Assembly: GCA_002269645.1 (NCBI GenBank)
Contig: NIVC01001509.1
Coordinates: forward strand, 1-64,000
Reading direction: 5' to 3'
Source of the DNA: Macrostomum lignano
Lineage: Eukaryota
DNA: 64,000 bases
The first letter of the stretch is position 1; each line of letters starts with the position of its first letter. The position numbers were made by a program, and so were the translations under genes. Below are positions 62,101 through 64,000 of the stretch, piece after piece. A model generated the notes under the pieces. The model saw only the letters and a list, made by a program, of their open reading frames with translations, did no database searches and was not told where the DNA came from.

Positions 62101-64000
62101 AAAACGGAAGTATTGCTTAACTGTAGGGCCAGTAGAAGCGTGGAAGTAGCTTAGTATATGGCTTTTTCTACTCAAACTGATCCATTTTATTTACTAATTG
62201 TCGCTTAGATAATGACTCATTTTATTGGCTAATTGGCCGCTCAAATGTCGCTAAGTTTACGACTCATTTTATTAGCTAACTGTCGCTAAATTGTTGCTAA
62301 GTTTATGACTCATTTTATTGGCTAATTGGCCGCTCAAATGTCGCTAAGTTTATGACTCATTTTATTAGCTAACTGTCGCTAAATTGTTGCTAAGTTTATG
62401 ACTCATTTTATTGGCTAATTGGCCGCTCAAATGTCGCTAAGTTTATGACTCATTTTATTAGCTAACTGTCGCTAAATTGTTGCTAAGTTTATGACTCATT
62501 TTATTGGCTAATTGTCGCTAAATTTTTGCTAAGGTTATGGCTCATTTTATTGGCTAATTGGCCGCTCAAATACCGCTAAGTTTATTACTCATTTTATAGG
62601 CTAACTGGCCGCTTAAATGTCGCTAAGATTATGACTCATTTTATTAGCTAACTGTCGCTAAATTTTTGCTAAGTTTATGACTCATTTTATTGGCTAACTG
62701 TCGCTAAATTGTTGCTAAGGTTATGACTCATTTTATTGGCTAATCGTCGCTAAATTGTTGCTAAGGTTATGACTCATTTTATTGGCTAATTGTCGCTAAA
62801 TTGTTGCTAAGGTTATGACTCATTTTATTGGCTAATTGTCGCTAAATTGTTGCTAAGTTTGACTCATTTTATTGGCCAACTGTCGCTAAATTGTTGCTAA
62901 GTTTGACTTATTTTATTGGCTAACTGTCGCTAAATTGTTGCTAAGGTTATGACTCATTTTATTGGCTAATCGTCGCTAAATTGTTGCTAAGGTTATGACT
63001 CATTTTATTGGCTAATTGTCGCTAAATTGTTGCTAAGTTTGACTCATTTTATTGGCCAACTGTCGCTAAATTGTTGCTAAGTTTGACTCATTTTATTGGC
63101 TAATTGGCCGCTCAAATGTCGCTAAGTTTATGATTCATTTTATTGGCTAACTGTCGCTAAATTGTTGCTAAGTTTATGACTCATTTTATTGGCTAATTGT
63201 CGCTAAATTGTTGCTAAGTTTGACTCATTTTATTGGCTAACTGTCGCTAAATTGTTGCTAAGTTTGACTCATTTTATTGGCTAACTGTCGCTAAATTGTT
63301 GCTAAGGTTATGACTCATTTTATTGGCTAATTGTCGCTAAATTGTTTCTAAGGTTATGGCTCAAATGTCGCTAAGGTTATGACTCATTTTATCGGCTAAT
63401 TGTCGCCAAGATTATGACCCATGTGATTTGCTGATTGGTCATTAAACTTAAGACGCAGTTTCAGCTATCAAAAACGGCTAAGATTATAACCAATTCTTGC
63501 AGATTTTTGAGACATTGGATCAGGAAAATCGTTTCACCTTGACACTCAGCATCGGCAGGTGATAGCTCAGGTCCTGCGGCAGCAGATTCACCAGGCACAC
63601 TGGCGGCTCAATAAACACCGAATGACCCGGCAGGGCCACAGACTGGCCGACAATATCCGCCGGGAAATTCTCGCGCAGCACGCTGGTCACCAGGTGATAG
63701 TCGGGCCCGGTTGGTCCGGCGTTCGAATCCAAAATGTCGTCGTCGGCGCCGCGGTAACGGCAGGCGCAGAGGGCGTCGCGCCGTTCCATCGGCTTGACGG
63801 CCCGGCGCCAGTCGACAGATTCACGCGCAAAGTCGACCGACCAGCGCTCGCTGACGGCCGGCCGGACGCGGAAGGCGCAATCGGCGATGTAGCGAATCGG
63901 CACCGGCAGGCAGTCGCCGGGCTCCAAGTGGAAGCTGCGAGCGCCACTCGGTTCGAAATGCTCGTGCGAACGCAGCTGCAGCTCAACCCGATGGTGCAAC
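39518..64000 (-). CDS. VPS13D: Vacuolar protein sorting 13D, 3' portion (gene continues beyond the window)
   Basis: Exons in transcript order: >63999-63538, 62097-61816, 59608-59021, 57426-56851, 56501-56256, 50707-49878, 49033-48598, 47312-47100 and 40126-39518, all in phase. Motifs [57 protein letters not shown] and [19 protein letters not shown]; the C-terminal PH-like region matches VPS13D as recalled. Confidence 0.92.
40198..40560 (+). other. Cluster of degenerate tRNA-like / SINE-head fragments
   Basis: Four B-box-like segments (aaggtc.c.ggttcgaa) near 40238, 40350, 40478 and 40535. Two are preceded by A-box-like gt.g.cgagcggtct. No intact cloverleaf. Confidence 0.5.
41050..45768 (+). 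CDS. Non-catalytic carboxyl/cholinesterase-fold type I membrane protein (neuroligin/CLAM-like), 5 exons, ~677 aa, nested antisense in a VPS13D intron
   Basis: Exons 41050-41453, 42276-42582, 43069-43459, 44329-44632 and 45141-45768 are in phase. Signal peptide, [44 protein letters not shown], nucleophile elbow GHGSG (Ser to Gly), [13 protein letters not shown]-terminal TM helix and a 9-aa tail. Confidence 0.88.
41495..42210. repeat. Composite intronic minisatellite (two alternating 28-30-bp subunits)
   Basis: agggctcatggggaatt followed by either aatcagatctgtc or gctgggataat. Confidence 0.92.
42630..42965. repeat. 20-bp intronic minisatellite
   Basis: (cctagatgccattttctaag)n. Confidence 0.92.
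44640..45075. repeat. ~29-bp intronic minisatellite
   Basis: (ttttgaaggcccattgaatcactctcatt)n. Confidence 0.9.
46591..46663 (-). tRNA. tRNA-Met (CAT), elongator
   Basis: Minus strand GCCTCGTTAGCGCAGTAGGTAGCGCGTCAGTCTCATAATCTGAAGGTCGTGAGTTCGATCCTCACACGGGGCA, with a T-run terminator downstream. Confidence 0.96.
47345..48548. repeat. ~18-19-bp intronic minisatellite with higher-order structure
   Basis: (gagaacccgaaactca/ct)n variants; a ~360-bp block is repeated. Confidence 0.92.
49150..49830. repeat. 10/20-bp intronic minisatellite
   Basis: (ccgacagtttccgacaaact)n variants. Confidence 0.92.
50720..51960. repeat. 25-bp intronic minisatellite
   Basis: (gattcttgagggggcggatgaaggc)n next to a VPS13D acceptor. 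Confidence 0.95.
53090..53096 (+). promoter_or_regulatory. H1 box (AAACACA) in the histone H1 promoter
   Basis: AAACACA lies ~160 bp upstream of the H1 ATG, with a GC-box-like ggcgggcg at ~53047 and a TATA-like tttaaaaata at ~53129. Confidence 0.45.
53253..53948 (+). CDS. Linker histone H1 (H1.0/H5-like globular domain), intronless, 231 aa, nested antisense in a VPS13D intron
   Basis: [36 protein letters not shown]...[10 protein letters not shown] winged helix, plus a K/A/P-rich C-terminal tail with SPKK motifs. Confidence 0.96.
   Translation: MTEASAPAPAAAGKAKKPRASKKKEAKPRSHPSYTDMIVKAISALKDRKGSSRQSITKYLRANYKFGADERVDAYVKAALKAGSKSGRFVHTKGVGASGSFALGEKSGKAGGASPRKAAGAKRKASPKKRPSAAAKKPAGAKKASPAKKRPKAAAAAAAPAAAAAAPAAAAAAPAAAAKPRKSAGAKKPKKAAAGGAKKKPAAAKKKPAKPKAAKAKKPKASPKKKATKKK
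54735..56250. repeat. (GATA)n compound microsatellite
   Basis: GATA/GACA/GATG units over ~1.5 kb, beginning directly after a VPS13D donor on the minus strand. Confidence 0.98.
57610..58975. repeat. Two-phase intronic minisatellite (~37-bp unit switching to a 29-bp unit)
   Basis: Shared core ggggaatgctgagatgccaa; the tail changes from ttcttataatcccaaa to gtctcaca at ~58470. Confidence 0.93.
59765..60350. repeat. 18-bp degenerate intronic minisatellite
   Basis: (ggggataatcatgggaga)n variants. Confidence 0.88.
61105..61835. repeat. 27-bp array plus five 44-bp units containing a VPS13D splice donor
   Basis: The 27-bp unit gagaggcagattcaagagtaggcagtg equals the 44-bp unit minus ctcacctgtttgatgat. 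Confidence 0.95.
62200..63420. repeat. AT-rich composite intronic minisatellite (~45-bp units)
   Basis: gctaagtttatgactcattttattggctaattgtcgctaaattgtt variants. Confidence 0.92.

Overview
Eukaryotic, intron-rich metazoan genomic DNA. GC-rich exons, polyQ tracts and a different minisatellite in almost every large intron resemble a Macrostomum-like flatworm; this assignment is inference only. Genes reconstructed by hand from GT-AG junctions and frame continuity: (1) a small two-exon 96-aa orphan gene (-) with an RFX/X-box upstream; (2) a large secreted gene (+, 4369-12482): signal peptide, a 4.5-kb exon encoding about 1,500 aa of Arg/Lys-rich sequence, two WSC domains and a chain of tiny phase-1 exons, with the giant exon broken by seven single-base (-1) frameshifts and three in-frame TGA codons; (3) POLDIP3/SKAR; (4) a complete hAT transposon with TIRs, an 8-bp TSD, an intact spliced transposase and a 60-bp MITE in its intron; (5) tRNA-Asn and tRNA-Met; (6) a compact ARID2; (7) the 3' part of VPS13D (-), whose introns host a non-catalytic neuroligin-like cholinesterase-fold gene, tRNA-Met and histone H1. 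About 23 tandem arrays explain nearly all the long repetitive ORFs in the track. The most interesting candidate is the polycationic WSC gene: all its lesions lie in one phase-1/phase-1 exon that could be skipped in frame.
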